Below are positions 43,795 to 57,070 of a stretch of 64,000 bases of DNA, in pieces (position 1 is the first letter of the stretch; each line of letters begins with the position of its first letter). This stretch comes from the human T2T-CHM13v2.0 reference genome, Homo sapiens. The position numbers and the translations under genes are program-made. The notes beneath the pieces were generated by a model that was not told the DNA's origin, did not search any database, and saw only the letters and a list, made by a program, of their open reading frames with translations. The DNA is taken from the NCBI RefSeq assembly GCF_009914755.1, contig NC_060928.1; one strand, given 5' to 3'.

Positions 43795-44167
43795 TGTTAT
43801 GAAGTAAATGTTTGTTCCCACTAAAATTCATTTGTTGAAATTCTAACCCTCCGTATGATGGTATTAGGAGATGGGGCCTTTTGGAGGTAACTTGGGTCAT
43901 GAGAGGTGGAGCCCTCATGAATGAGAACTCCTATAAAAGAGACCTCTGGAGAGTTCTCTAGTCTTTTTTTTTTTTTTTCTTCCACCTGAAGATGCACCAA
44001 AAAGTTGGCAATCCAGAAGCTAGAAGAGGGTACTGGCCAGAATCTGGCCATGCTGGGGTCTTGATCTTAGACTGTCAGCCTCTCAAGCTGTGAAAAATAA
44101 ATTTCTTTTGTTTATAAGCCACTCAGTCTATGGTACTTTGTTATAGCAACCTAAACTGACCAAAATA
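43795..44167 (+). mobile_element. MLT1A0-like solo LTR within an L2 remnant
   Basis: GATGGTATTAGGAGATGGGGCCTTTTGGAGGTAA...TTATAAGCCACTCAGTCTATGGTACTTTGTTATAGCA; flanks ACAAT/GCAAT. Confidence 0.88.
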
Positions 44168-44306
44168 GCAATTAAGATGGTGTATGAGCGTTCTGATAAG
44201 GTAATAAGGAATATACTATATGAATGCATATCCAGCCTGGCCTGAGAGAAGGAAAGACTGAAACTGTAGAAGCAGCAGGAGGTATTCTTTAGAAGTTGGA
44301 GACTTT

Positions 44307-44644
<338 letters not shown>

Positions 44645-44849
44645 TTAATTCCTACCATTATACTTCTTTGATGCTGGTTACTTAGGGATATATGCATCTG
44701 TAGCTGTATTGGTAGCTGATGCAAAAGGTTATCTCCATCAAAGTTTCAGGCAGAACTAAAGGATGGATAAACATGCTCCATAGTGTTCTACTGATATGAA
44801 GCGCTGAGCAATGGAATAGATAACTGACATTCTATTATTTAGTTCAAGA

Positions 44850-45595
44850 ATGTGGGTCAATGCTAGACTCTTCCCTGAAAACATGTTTCAATATCTTAAT
44901 TTCTTCTTTCACTCTCCCTAGTCTAGGCCAATGTCCCCTTGGACTAATAATCTACTTTCATTTTTTGTCTCTCTTCAGTCAAGTCTGTTCTCTTTCACGC
45001 TCACCACAGTAGTCAGACTTACATTTCTAAAAGTTAAATAGTATCATGCCATTCCATTGTGAGCTGCCATTTGCTGTCCATTGCACAGCTAGTGAAAACT
45101 TCTCTCTGGCCTTCAAGGCCCTGCACTATCTGCTTATCTGGATGTCTCCACCTGATAATGTTTTTCCCAGAACTCACTGCTTCATGCTGTTCAGACTCCT
45201 CTCAGCTCCTAGGACAGAACAAGTTCCTTTTACCATCAGGGTATTTAAATATATTGCTTCCTCTGTCTAGAAATATTTTATCCTGCATTTTTTTTGTTCT
45301 TGTTCATTCTTTTGAAGTCAGCTAAAATATTTCCTCCACGAAGTGACCATCTCCAGCCTCTAAGTAGAGACTAAAGTAGGTCTCCTCCATCTTGCTCTGT
45401 CCCAGCATTCTGTTATTTTATTGCTTATTGCAGTTTTTAATTATTTCCTTTAAGTATTTGTTTTTTGGTCTGCCTGTTCAAGTAGACTTCAAGTTTTATG
45501 AGAGCAGAATTCTTGTCTGCCTTGTTTTCCATTGCACACTCCAGTGTCAAGAACAGCACCATTAAATAAATAATTATTTGTTGATGGAATGAATG
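44850..45595 (+). mobile_element. L2 3' region
   Basis: CTGGCCTTCAAGGCCCTGCAC...GTAGACTTCAAGTTTTATGAGAGCAGAA...TATTTGTTGATGGAATGAATG. Confidence 0.72.
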
Positions 45596-46078
45596 GCAGA
45601 ATATCACTCAGTCTAAAGCAAGACTGTGTGTATATATGTGTTTGTGCATGTGATGTTTTAATTGGCAAAGGGGGAAGACAATTCTATTGAAATTTATGTT
45701 GAGTAATAAAGATATGACTTACTAGTAGCTACAGCAGGGAAGATTTAGCACTACAACTTCTGTCCTGGTATGAGTAGCCACCAAAGACATTGAACTTGAC
45801 TTAATACTGTTTGTAATCATCTTAACATCCTAAAAATTCAGAAATGAGCAGGCATCAGTAGTACCCTGGTGGCATACTTCAGCGGCAAAGCTGCTGATTA
45901 TGGCATTGGTAATAGCAAGAGATATTACTTTGGCTACTGAAGCATGAAATGAAAAAACAAATAAGTTTTGTAAAATTGTTAAAAGTCCCAGTCTTCTGAG
46001 AATCACTCCCTGGGGAGTCCTGGAAGTGCCTAGAAAAAAAACTGAAGAATTGTGTGATGAGAGGGCACAGAACTAGAG

Positions 46079-46080
<2 letters not shown>

Positions 46081-46124
<44 letters not shown>
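46081..46124. repeat. (GT)22 microsatellite
   Basis: Perfect dinucleotide run. Confidence 0.98.
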
Positions 46125-46126
<2 letters not shown>

Positions 46127-46434
46127 AAAATGTATGACTCTATTTGTCCAGTTTAACTGATGTATCTTAGAAACCATATATTAGCTGTAGGAAGAGCTAT
46201 CATCTGAACATTATATAAATGTTTAGGATGACAATATTTTCTCTAGTTGTTGTAGTTATCTCTTACTGTATAAATCTATTTTTGCATGCAGCAGAGTGAG
46301 AGGTGGAGAGAAGTAATAGGTAATTAAAATGGAATACGGTAAGTGCTATGGTAGGGGGGAATCAGTGTGCTACAGAACATAGGATGGGCATCCATCCTAG
46401 CCTGAAGGACAACCAGAAGATGATCTTTGGAAGC

Positions 46435-47368
46435 TTAATTTAATGGCTTGCCACAACCACCATTTAATCAGCTCAATGTTTTCTGGGTCTAGAATTTGAG
46501 CAGGGCTGCCTTAGTCTATTTTTGCATTGCTATAGAGGAATAACTGAGGCTGGGTAATTTATAAAGAAAAGAGGTTTATTTGGCTCACAGTTCTGAAGGC
46601 TGTACAAAAAGCATGGCATCAGCATCTGCTTCGGGTGAGGGCCTCAGGCTGCTTCCAATCATGATGGAAAGAGACGGGGAGCTAACATCACACAGTGAAA
46701 GAGGATGCAAGAGACAGAAGGAGATGTCAGGCTATTTTTAACAGCCATATCTCACAAGGACTAAGAGTAACAGCTCACTCAATACTATGAAAATGGCACC
46801 AAGCCATTCATGAGGGATCTGCCCTTGTGACCCAAACACCTCCCACTAGGCCCCACCTTCAACATTGGGAATCAAATTTCAACATGAGATTTGGAGGGGA
46901 CAAATATCCAAACTATATCAAGGATACTTCTGAGCAGTTTTGCTTCATGTGGCCTTCAGTGAGGTAAAGGGATGGCTGGAAGGTTTAAATGACCTTACTC
47001 ACATGCTGGCAGTTGGTGCTTGCTGTCAGCTGGATCTCAGTGGGGGCTGTAGGCTGAGTCTCAGTTTTCCATGTGGTCCACCCCACATGTCTGCTTGTGC
47101 TTCCCCACAGCATGGTGACTGGGTTTCCAAGAGAAGCAGTGTTAGCAGTAAAGCTGGAGACTGTGCAAACCTTTTAAGGCCTAGCCTTATAAGTTATACA
47201 ATATCACTTCCAAAACAGTTCCTAGTTCAAAATATATTACAGGAGCAGCCCATGTTTAAGGAGAGAGGAAATAGATTCCACTGTTGATGGGAGAATGACC
47301 ATATTGTAAAAGAACATGTCAAATGGGAGACATTGCTGTGACCCTCTTTGGAAACACAGTCCATCATA
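46435..47368 (-). mobile_element. MLT1F-like LTR interrupted by MSTB
   Basis: AGAATTTGAGCAGGGC, then after the insert CTCACATGCTGGCAGTTGGTGCT...CACAGCATGGTGACTGGGTTTCCAAGAG...CTCTTTGGAAA. Confidence 0.75.
46507..46920 (-). mobile_element. MSTB-like solo LTR
   Basis: GGCTGGGTAATTTATAAAGAAAAGAGGTTTATTTGGCTCACAGTTCTG...GAGATTTGGAGGGGACAAATATCCAAACTATATCA. Confidence 0.92.
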
Positions 47369-47749
47369 CTGGTATAAAATCTCTTGGTATTTTGCTTGTT
47401 CTTTTGGCCTTGAGTTTGGAAGGCAATGGACATTTTCTTCTGGATAATGACCTTTCACATTCTTGAGGAAAGTCCTGAAGAAAATTATCTTTATCTTCTT
47501 TTACTTTCTCCTTCAACTCTCTTCTTCCACGAATACTTGCTTAAATTTTATTTTGTGAATTGAATTTGTTCTTTTCTAATTTTGGAAGATGTCTAATTTC
47601 TTAATATCTTTTAAGTCAGTACATTATATGAGATGTGAGATACCTGACTCCCAATATAAATGGATAAATATTAAGTAAATACAAAAAGACACAATCTCCA
47701 ACATGTACTCGTAAATTCATTCCACTATCAGTGTGATATTTTGAAATGG

Positions 47750-47915
47750 AGAATATTGTTGTAGCTGGGGACCTGGGTCTAGTACTAGCATTCCAATTAC
47801 TGACCTGTCATACTTTATAAAAATCACATATATCTTGAATTCAGCTTCCTCTTGTGTAAAGTGAATGCTTTGGACTTGACTATACAGTATCAAAGAATCA
47901 TTCTAACCTTAAAAT
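47750..47915 (+). mobile_element. MIR3/MIRc
   Basis: GGGACCTGGGTCTAGTACTAGC...TCAGCTTCCTCTTGTGTAAAGTGA. Confidence 0.5.
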
Positions 47916-48334
47916 TATTTATGTTTTCAGATAATTTAGTGAGTGTTAAAAATTTCTGATGACTACTCAAGAGAGTGTGCTTAGTAATTCAACTTAGAAA
48001 TAAGTTACTCATCTACTTCTTGTGTCTGTTTCAGTAAAAGGGCATAGATATGCAAAATATGCTTGTTCACATTAAATTTGGCTATCAATTATTTCTGGCT
48101 AATATTAAATTCAGACTTTGGTTCTTTTAAGTTGTTTCTACTAAGCATGAAACATACTAAAAATCAGAATTGTTGCCTTCAATTGCTAGTTGGTTTGAGT
48201 TTGGTCAAGGAAGCATTTTAAGGTGTATGCAGATGATGGAAACTCTTAGACCTTATAGATTTTTGTAGTAGAAACACGTTTGTGTGAATGTTGCACCATT
48301 TGATTATTTCAGCATTTGCCTCTGTTCTCATCCA

Positions 48335-48548
48335 AAAATTTGCTATGTGCCATCATTTGTCAGACATTGTATAATTGATTACTCTCAGTAACTCTATGAG
48401 TTAGCTGGCATTATTATTCCTATGCTACAAGAGAGGAAACAGAAGCATAGAGAGCCCTAGTAAAGTTGAGCAAGGTCACGTATCTCACAACTAGTAGAGC
48501 TGGGAATTAAACTCAGGTTTTGATTTCAGTGTCTACCTCTTAATCCCT
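48335..48548 (-). mobile_element. MIR
   Basis: AACTCTATGAG...ATTATTATTCC...GAGGAAACAGAAGCATAGAGAG...CAAGGTCAC...GAGCTGGGAATTAAACTCAGG. Confidence 0.75.
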
Positions 48549-50184
48549 GTGGCATGCATTTCTTTCTAATCTAAGTATCATACAATGTATACATAAATTT
48601 TTTTTTTTCAAAAATTCCTCCTATAAATTCAACAGGGTGGTTCCAGGAATGAGGCTCTAATACTAGGGCACTAATTTTAATGTATCTTGGAAGTACTGAA
48701 TCATTTGTGTAATGAATCCCAGAGTGAGTGATCAGACAGATATCACAAGGTTTGGGGGCTTAATGGGCTTCATCTCCAACATGTTTGAGAACTTTCCCTT
48801 GTACATCTGTCATCCTTTCACAGTCCTGTTAAAACATCGTTATTCTGCTTGTACTCCTACCCACTGCCTGGCTGGAAGCTTTTCTTGCAGTTCAGTTTTT
48901 CATGCTCAGTGTTGCTTCACAGAGGTAGGATGATAAAATAACTGAAGTCATATACAAAATCCAGCAACAGACTATTAAAAATAGTGCAGATTGCATAAAA
49001 CTGCAAGCATGTTTTATCTTAAAAATCTATCTGGAACATTTGCTTAACTGGAACAATTTTGCATATTCACTTCCATCTGCCTGTGAAATATTCCCTTAGA
49101 TAAAACTACTCCTTGTTCTGAATATTCAACATTAACTTTTCTCTTTGGCTTTTAAATAAATTCACGTTTATTACAAACACAAATCAGGCAGTTTATATTA
49201 TGTGTGTGTGTATAATCATTTACTTAATACATTTTTTAGTTTAACCTGCCATTTATTCACATATATTGAAACTGCATATTAATAACTCATCTAAAACAGT
49301 TTCTAAAGCATTGTGACCAATATAGTTAATCAGTTTATGGACTCATTTTAATGGTTTACTGTCTCTTATAATGTGGGAACTAGTGTAACACACTTTTAGA
49401 ATGCTATTGATTGGAATTGTTTTCTTGAATGAGTTCATAGAAGATAGAGGTTTTAGTTTCTTATTTGTCCACTTTAGTTTAAGTTTGTTACATTAGGTAA
49501 CATTTTACCTTAGATTTGGTAAAGATGTAGAGAGGGTTGATATTGTATGTGAAGGTACCTTTACAATTGTCTGACTATCTTTGTACTTTTAACAGCTCCT
49601 CCTACCCTGGATCCTGAAGTAAGAGCTGCTGTAGTGCAAGGCTCCTGAACCTCAGATTCCTGGTAAAGATAGAGTTCCATATTCTGCTTCTAGTGGTCTG
49701 ATATAATCCACTTGCTATGCCTAGACTCTCCCCCTTTATCCTCCTGTCCATGCCTGGCTTTTACCCACCTTTATGCCGAGACTCCTGGATTTAGCTCTCT
49801 ACGGGATGAATTTTGGACTGTCTGCCTGGCAATCAGTTTTGGATTATCTCTGATGTTACCCTTTGGTTCTACCTTTACTTTACCTTTGGCTCTTTTGAGT
49901 TTGTGCCAAATCTGCATACGAATGGCCCAGAATCTTAGAACCCTAATTACTATCTGAAATCCCAGGAACTGCTTATCTAGGAGAGAATTAGATAGGCACT
50001 GTGCCTTGGTGTTGGTGCAGCAAAGGACAGAGATCACAATCTCTGCCCCAAGAAACTCGTTTGCCTTTTGTAGTCAGGGGAGCAGAACTATATAGACTGT
50101 TCTGGGGCAATAATGTTGTACAAGTCCATACAAAGAATTTTATGAGAACACACCAGAAGACCACAAAAATCATGCTTCCCAGTT

Positions 50185-50480
50185 ACAAAAGATAATTTGA
50201 AAGACATGTCCCTTGAAATGAGTCTTAATGATATAAAGCCCGTAACTAGGTAAAGCATGTATTTAAAAGGGAAAGCATTCTCATTTTAAAATAAGTCATA
50301 GGTTATAGAAACAGCATAGTGTTAATAAAGAGGTACAAGTGTTTGGATATTGCCAGAATGTAAAATGCAATGTAAAGAGGCAAGAACAACACAGGAGAAG
50401 GCAGAGGTCACATCATGGAAACTCTGTATACTATAGTGAAAAATGTGGGCCTGTCTTGTGCTGATGGAAAACCAGTGCTT
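50185..50480 (-). mobile_element. L2 fragment
   Basis: CTTGAAATGAGTCTTAATGA...GGAGAAGGCAGAGGTCACATCATGGAA. Confidence 0.5.
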
Positions 50481-50776
50481 GTAATCCTTTGCTGTTTTAT
50501 CTATTTATATGACATCTGGCATCTGCTTACTCTTCTCCTGTAACTAGCACTATAATTTGATTTTGTAGTCTCCATCACTCCCTCATTTCTTGTCTATGGG
50601 ATTGTGTGCTGTTGGGTCCACTCCAAATTCAGGCACATTATGCAGGCCATATGGTACTGGTAAGAAGATAACATTCCCATAATGCGAACAAAGCTAGTCC
50701 TTTTTCAGCTCTCTCTCTCCCTCTTTCTTGTTTTTTCCTTCTAAATACTTGTAGTAATCATGGTTACTAAGGTGTG

Positions 50777-53152
50777 TGATATTGTTAATCTTTGTGTCCC
50801 CAACCAAATCTCATCTTGAATTATAACCTCCATAATCCCCATGTGTCAAGGGAGAAACCAGGTGGAGGTAATTGAATCATGGGGGTGGTTTTCCCCATGC
50901 TGTTCTCACTGATAGTGAGTGAATTCTCATGAGATCTGATGATTTTTTGAGGGACTCTTCCCCCTCTGTTCCACACTTCTCCTTCCTGCCTCCTTGTGAA
51001 GAAGGTGCCTTGCTTCCCCTTTACTTTTTGTCATGATTGTAAGTTTCCTGAGGCCTCCCCAGCCATGCTGAACAGTGAGTCAATTAAACCTGTTTCCTTT
51101 ATAAATTACCCAGTCTCTGGTAGTTATTTATAGCAGTATGAAAATGGCCTAATACAGTACATTGGTACCAGGAGAGGGGTGCTGTTATAAAGATACCTGA
51201 AAATGTGGAAGCAACTTTGGGACTGGGTAACAGGCAGAGGTTGGAACAGTTTGGAGGGCTCAGAAGACAGGAAGATGTGAGAAAGTTTGGAACTTCCTAG
51301 AGACTTGTTATATGGCTTTGACCAAAATGAAAAGAGTGATATGGACAATGAAGTCCAGGCTGAGGTGGTCTCAGATGGAGATGAGGAACTTCTCGGGAAC
51401 CAGAGCAAAGGTGACTCTTGCTATGCTATAGCAAAGAGACTGGTGGCATTTTGCCCCTACCCTAGAGATCTATGGAACTTTGAACTTGAGAGATATGATT
51501 TAGGATATCTGGCAGAAGAAATTTCTAAGCAGTAAAGCGTTCAAAATGTGACTTTGTTGCTCTTAAGAGCATTCAGTTTTATTCATTCACAATGAGATGG
51601 TTTGGAATTGGAACTTACATTTAGAAGAGAAGCAGAGCACAAAGGTTTGGAAAATTTGCAGCCCGATGATGGAATGGAAAAGAAAAACCTACTTTCTGAG
51701 GAGAAATTCAAGCCTGCTGCAGAAATTTGCATAAGTAATGATGAGCCAAATGCTAATCATTAAGATAATGGGGAAAATGTCTCTAGGGCATGTCAGAGGC
51801 CTTCATGGCAGCCCCTCCCATCATAGGCTTTGGGCTTAGAAAGAAAAAATAGTTTCTTGGGCTGGGCCCAGGTCCTGCTGCTTTGTGCAGTCTCAGGACT
51901 TGGTGCCCTGCATCTCAGCCATGGCTAAAAGGGGCCACCATACAGCTCAGGCTGTTGCTTCAGAAGGTGCAAGCCTCAAACCTTGGTGCTTACATGTGGT
52001 GTTGGGCCTGTGGGTGCACAGACATCAAGAATTGAGGTTTGGGAACCTCTGCCTAGATTTCAGAGGATGTATGGAAAGGCCTGGATGTCCAGGCAGAAGT
52101 TTGCTTCAGTGGCAGGGCTCTCATGGAGAACCTCTGCTAGGACAGTGCAGAAGGGAACTGTGGGGTTGGAGCCCTCACACAGAGTCCCCACTGGGGCACT
52201 GCCTTGTGGAGCTGTGAAAAGAGGCCGCCATCCTACAAACCCCGGAATGGTAGATCCACTGACAGCTTGCACCATGCACCTGGAAAAGCTGTGGACATTA
52301 AATGTCAGCCCATGAAAGCAGCCAGGAGTGGGGCCATACCCTGCAAAGCCACAGAGGCAGAGCTACCCAAGGCCATGAGAGCCCACCTTTTGCATCAGTG
52401 TGACCTTGATGTGAGACATGCAGTCAAAGGAGATCATTTTGGAGCTTTAAGATTTGACTGCCCCACTGGATTTCGGACTTACATGAAGCCTGTATCCCCT
52501 TTGTTTTGGCTAATTTCTCCTATTTCAAATGGAAACATCTACCCAATACCTGTACCCCACTGTATCTAGGAAGTACCTAACATGCTGTTGAATTTACAGG
52601 CTCATAAGTGGAAGGGACTTGCCTTGTCTCAGATGAGACTTTGAACTTAGACTTTTGGATTAATGCTGGAATGAATTATAAATTTTGGGGGACTATTGGG
52701 AAGGCATGATTGGTTTTTGAAATGTGAAAAGGGCATGAGATTTGGGAGGGGCCAGGAGAAGAATGGTAAGGTTAGATTTTGTGTCCCCACTCAAATCTCA
52801 TCTTGAATTATATTCTCCATGAACCCCATAATCCCCACATGTCAAGAGGGAGACCAGGTGGAGGTAATTGGGTCATGGTGGTGGTTTCCCCCAGGCTGTT
52901 CTTGTGACAGTGAGTGAGTTCTCATGAGAGCTGATGGTTTTTATAAGGGGCTTCTCCCGCTTTGCTCATCACTTCTCCTTCCTGCCTCTTTGTGAGGAAG
53001 GTGCCTTGCTTCCCCTTCACTTTTCACCATAATTGTAAGTTACCTGAGGCCTCCCTAGTCATGCTGAACTGTGGTCAGTTAAACCTCTTTCCTTTATAAA
53101 TTACCCAGTCTTAGGCACTTTCTTTATATCAGTATCAAAATAGGCTAATACA
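50777..53152 (+). mobile_element. Full-length THE1D-like MaLR element (LTR-int-LTR)
   Basis: 5' LTR 50777-51156, internal 51157-52763 ending in a polypurine tract (GGGAGGGGCCAGGAGAAGAA), 3' LTR 52764-53152; 5-bp TSD GTGTG at 50772-50776 and 53153-53157. Confidence 0.93.
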
Positions 53153-55259
53153 GTGTGTATGTGTGTAGGATGTGGAACAGGGATGGTTGAGCTGGAGGAG
53201 ACAGAAGGAAGTAAATATCTCCTAGCTGGCTCAAAAAGAAGTCTTACAGAATAAGCAAAACTTCACAATACCTGGCTTGCGAATGTTCTATGGTTCCAAG
53301 GATGTAAGAATACCCCATTTTTCCTATTTGCTTTCAGTGTTGCCAATTTTTTTTTTTTTTTGTTTCAGATGGTTAAGTGTGGCTAGACCATGAAACTGTA
53401 TTTTTTCCACTCTAACATTATTAATTTTAGAATTATTGCTAATTCTTTCAATATTCTCACAACATTGAAGTTATGTCTTTATAATTACTGTCTTGGGAAA
53501 GTAGGAGGATCCAGGATACCAAATAGATCTTTTCCAAAGTATTTTTTATGTAACCTAAGAGAGTAGTTTAATATTTATAATATGACTTACAAATAAGATT
53601 TCCCATATAATAAATTATTTTATTTGTATATTAATTTTGTGAAATAGGTAGCATAAGAATTTTCATCTTAAAGAAGAGAAAATATTGAGGCTGTCTGAAA
53701 CTACATGACTGGCCATTGTTTACATAGCAGGATGAGCCATGAATGGAAGACTTCAGAGTCTGAGGCCTTTGTCTGTATCACACTATCTCTCTAGAACTCT
53801 AACAGTAATTTTGGAAGATGACACTGGGAAGCTGTTTACCTCTTCCCCTTTGCTAATAAGCGAGCTGTAGTATAAAGGAAGACAAAATAGTGGCTGGAGT
53901 TGAAACAAGAGCCAAGCACAGGTCTTCTGACTTCTTAACTTGCAAGCTGTCAATGTCACACATGACTTCTTTTTGAAAACTGTATAACCAGTTTCTTGAC
54001 ACATACATAACACGGATTGGTTTTATTACTGCCGAGCTATTCCTCAGTGATCATTTGTCTACTACTCGGACACAGTTAGGAATCCCTTTTGCAGTGTATT
54101 ATCAGCCAGGATAGGAATATGAATTCCTAAGCCACAGAAGAAAAATGATAGCTATTTATTAGATTCAGAATCTGTATATCCAAATTGTATTTTATCTGTA
54201 AGTTTCTTGTGGTGAGTACCCCAAAAACACATCATGGCACATGTAATGATAGCAATTCGACAAATAATTCACATATATAGAGCTTCTAAAATGTACCTAA
54301 ATCGAAATGGTTTTGGAACTAATAATTATAAGCAGAGGCCTCCTTGGCTTTCATTTCACCTTGGGGTCATAATTTTATATTTTGAACATTCTCTCAGAAG
54401 AGTATTACCCCTGAATGGGCTTTCTTAACTGCTTTCCTGTTGAACTCTGGCAAGCCTAAAGTGTGTCAGAAAAATGTTTTAACTCCATCCCATTTCTGCT
54501 TGGCTAGAGAAAGCTTTTAATCACTGGAAAGCTAGCTCACATTTTGTAAATGTGGGTTGTAAAAGTAGTTTCTTTAAGAGAAGAAGAATGTCATTGCTTT
54601 CTAAATATGAAAAAATTATATGGCTTGGATACATTTGGCAGTTTGTATCAACACACCCATCTCTGGAAAGTGCTTATTATTGTATGAATACTGTGCCTTA
54701 TCCGAGGTTCAATGTGTAGATTCAATGCGTATCAGAATGTTGTGTATAACATTACTGAGTGTAATCTTTTTAAAAAGAGCTAATAGAAGTACTAAATATT
54801 TGAGTTTCAAATACTTATATTAATGTCTATGATAGCAATATCTGAGGGTGCAACTTATAATGAGAGGCCAATTAAGCATGTTACCATTTTTGAAGGGTAC
54901 AGACTTAATATCTTGCCAACAGAGCACAATTTTACCCTTCCTGTTTCTTCCTTAGATATTATGTGGTTACTGATCTTGATGTATTTAAAAATTATTTTTA
55001 CCTTGTATTTTCTTATTTAGAATGTTTATCTTTAAGTTACATTTTTTTTCTTTGTGCATAGAAGCATTTGAAAAAGAAAGCAGCAGCAGCTGCTTTTGAA
55101 TTCAAATCCTTTTGTTGTGATCATCAGGTTTTCTCACTGGTTAGTGGATTTTTCTTCTACAGAAGAAAAGACCTCGTTATTTATGCTGTTTTGCTTGATA
55201 ACAAGAGGCATACCATTTTAGAATGTTAGAATTGGTAGGGACCTTTGTATTGGTCTAAT

Positions 55260-55723
55260 CACTGATCATAACTTACATAAAAATACATTTTATTTTGCAA
55301 CTAAATACACATACACAGACATTTCCCTCCTCCCCCACCCCATACTCATTTGCATACAGTAAATAAAACTAAAGCAAGAGTTTCAGGAAAAAATACCTAC
55401 ACTTTGTGTTATATATTCAGGTATTTTCTCTTCTCATCTAGTTCATTAAGAGAAAAATGCTGATCTCAATCCACCAAACTGATTTCACCACAAAGACCAG
55501 CTACATACTTTGCAGGGTCCAAACCAAAATAAAACTTTAAGGTCTCCTTATTAAACAATTATTAAGATTTTCAAGATAGCAGTGGTGGATCATTAATTCA
55601 AGGGTGGGGCCCTTGTGCTCAGGCCGACTTCTGAGCAAGTGAGACTACACAGGTTGTATGCCCGTGATGTCAACCCTGCTCCCACACCTGCAAATGAGTT
55701 GTGGACAACAGTTAAGAAACATA
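55260..55723 (+). mobile_element. MER112-like hAT-Charlie MITE
   Basis: AAATACATTTTA...GTTTCAGGAAAAAATACCTAC...AAAAATGCTGATCTCAATCCACCAAACTGATTTCAC...CAGTTAAGAAACA. Confidence 0.55.
55491..55678 (-). mobile_element. MER91A-like hAT-Tip100 MITE
   Basis: CCAGCTACATACTTTGCAGGGTCC...ATTATTAAGATTTTCAAGAT...GACTACACAGGTTGTATGCCCGTGATGTCAACCCTG. Confidence 0.7.
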
Positions 55724-55882
55724 GATCTAGAGTAACTCTCTGATTTCACAGATTGAAAGACTGAGACCCACTGAAATTTAGTGACTTAAGATCAAAAGAT
55801 GATTTAGTGCAGTAGAATGGCAGTTAAATGATTTATATTCCAGTGTTCTCTCTCACCACTAATCTTAACTAGATTACTCTGA

Positions 55883-56254
<372 letters not shown>

Positions 56255-56775
56255 TGATCACAAACTTTAAAAAACAATTAATTCAGATTTGTTGAAGATA
56301 TTTCTAATACCACTTAATCTATTTTTATGTCTTGATAAGAGAGAATAATTGTTTGTTTTCTTTGAAGTTTTCTGAACCACCAACTACTATTATATAGTAT
56401 TGCAGTTGTTCAAACATAATGAAGATAACCACACATAACGTTCAGATTCTGCCTCAAAGAAGAAAGCCTTAAGAAAGAAGGACTAGGAATTCCCTATAGA
56501 AAATGAGAGGAGATATGGAGGGGTTAGAGTTAGAGAGGGTGAGAAATCTTTTTTTGGGAGGGAGGTACGAAGAAAGGATGAGAGGATAGCAACGTACACT
56601 TAGGAAATTTTTCCTAAGTGCATAGAGAAGGAATGTATCTATTATTTTTATTTCTAAACAGAAATAACACCCAAGGGTCATCATGTGATGAGAATGATGT
56701 GTGGGAAGTCAAGCAGCATAGAAGATATAGAAAAGCTACCAGCTGAGGCTGGATCATGGTTCTATAAAGGATTGC

Positions 56776-57070
56776 AGGCGGGGTGCTGTGACTCACATCT
56801 GTCATCTCAGCACTTTGGGAGACCAAGATGGGAGGATCACTGAATCCAGGAGTTTGACACCAGCCTAGAAAATATAGTGAGACCCTATCTTTACAAAAAA
56901 TAGAAAAAATTAACCAGACTCGGTGGCACACCCCTGTAGTCCCAGCTACTGGGGGCACTGAGGTGGGAGGATCACTTAAGCCTGGGAGCTTGAGGCTGCA
57001 ATCAGCTGTGATTGTGCCACTGCACTCCAGCCTGGGTGACAGAGTGAGATTCTGTCTCAAAAAAAAAGAA
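56776..57070 (+). mobile_element. Alu, full length (AluJ)
   Basis: GGGAGGATCAC in both arms, GAGGCTGCA, A-tail. Confidence 0.93.

Larger units (their letters stand above)
55215..55800 (-). mobile_element. MIR host split by nested DNA transposons
   Basis: TAGAATGTTAGAATTGGTAGGGACCTT...TCTA resumes near 55724 as TCTAG...ATTTCACAGATTGAAAGACTGAGACCCA...AGTGACTT. Confidence 0.6.

Noticed and set aside
51124-52569. Cluster of 70-120 aa ORFs
   Set aside because: They are fragments of the degenerate THE1 internal region.
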